From IMG/VR virus record IMGVR_UViG_3300042988_001700, positions 34,489 to 98,488 of that record: 64,000 bases of DNA; one strand, written 5' to 3'. Positions 63,368-64,000 of the stretch are shown one piece after another. The stretch's first letter is position 1; each line of letters opens with the position of its first letter. Made by a program: the position numbers and the translations under genes. The notes under the pieces were generated by a model. It had not been told where the DNA came from. It saw only the letters and a list, made by a program, of their open reading frames with translations, and searched no databases. This DNA comes from a virus.

Positions 63368-64000
63368 CTAATTACCAAATTTCCTTGCGATATACGCATC
63401 AATCTTATCTTGAGGAGTTCCCCTTGCTCTTAAATTAGCTATTGCCGCTTCTTTAGCGATATTATTTTGTTGAATTGGTGCCGGTTTATTTTGTTGCGCT
63501 TGGATAGTTGCCATTTTTTCTGAGGCGGTTTTAAATGCTCCGGATATTTTTTGGCCCAAAGTTGGCTTTGCGGGTGGAGGAGGAGGAATCGGTTTTACCA
63601 TGTTGACATCGCCGCCAAGTGACTTAATCGCAGTGGATATAGCTTCATCATCATACCCTTGAAGCCATGGATATGAAGGGCTTTTTGTTAAAAGCCCATT
63701 AACGCCATCGTAACTTGAGATATCAACACCATCATTTCTGATTTTTTCAGCTATTTCTGATGCCTGCTTTGATATGTTTTGATCAACAATTTTCGGTGCC
63801 ATTCTAAATGTTTCAGAATATGGAATATTGGTGTTTTCTGCGGCAATTCTTTCTGCGGCGGCACTCTCTTTTGCTCTTCTTAAAGCATTAACGTATTCGT
63901 CGTTCGTTTGTCCCTTTATGGCTGTTAGGTTCTCTAACGTTATATCTGCATCAGTAAGTCCTTCTGCAATCAACTGCCCTTTAAGAATGTCTCCTATGGC
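63368..64000 (-). CDS. C-terminal part of a hypothetical (internal virion?) protein
   Basis: frame is open to the window edge; directly upstream of the giant gene. Confidence 0.6.
   Translation of the reverse strand, partial: AIGDILKGQLIAEGLTDADITLENLTAIKGQTNDEYVNALRRAKESAAAERIAAENTNIPYSETFRMAPKIVDQNISKQASEIAEKIRNDGVDISSYDGVNGLLTKSPSYPWLQGYDDEAISTAIKSLGGDVNMVKPIPPPPPAKPTLGQKISGAFKTASEKMATIQAQQNKPAPIQQNNIAKEAAIANLRARGTPQDKIDAYIARKFGN

Overview
A 64-kb segment of a large tailed dsDNA bacteriophage genome (standard code), almost all coded on the minus strand. No capsid, portal or integrase was recognised in the window. In transcription order (right to left) it holds: a 5858-aa DarB-like polyvalent protein (GGDEF, N6-MTase, SF2 helicase, ART-like and JAB domains); a putative lysis pair; recombination genes (PD-(D/E)xK nuclease, ERF, NinB-like); an O-like initiator with iterons; DnaB; a SNF2 helicase; SSB; a DEDD exonuclease; intein-containing ThyX; an accessory region of small genes and structured non-coding elements; a divergent plus-strand operon; MazG; two orphan MTases; terS and a two-intein terL; and a radical SAM/glycosyltransferase/TPP-enzyme cluster. 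Highlights: (1) an integron-like array of attC-like hairpins at 25.0-26.3 kb whose core sites obey the cassette complementarity rule, with one cassette carrying a repeated structured RNA motif; (2) a SNF2 helicase with a 9-nt stop-containing insertion in motif I (candidate ribosomal hop) and an antisense, in-frame, stop-free LAGLIDADG gene; (3) an I-site-less diguanylate cyclase in the giant protein, whose modules are bracketed by EPGASY-like motifs; (4) an Arg-initiated class-3 intein; (5) a promoter/operator motif repeated across the window. All calls come from manual motif reading; no database searches were run.
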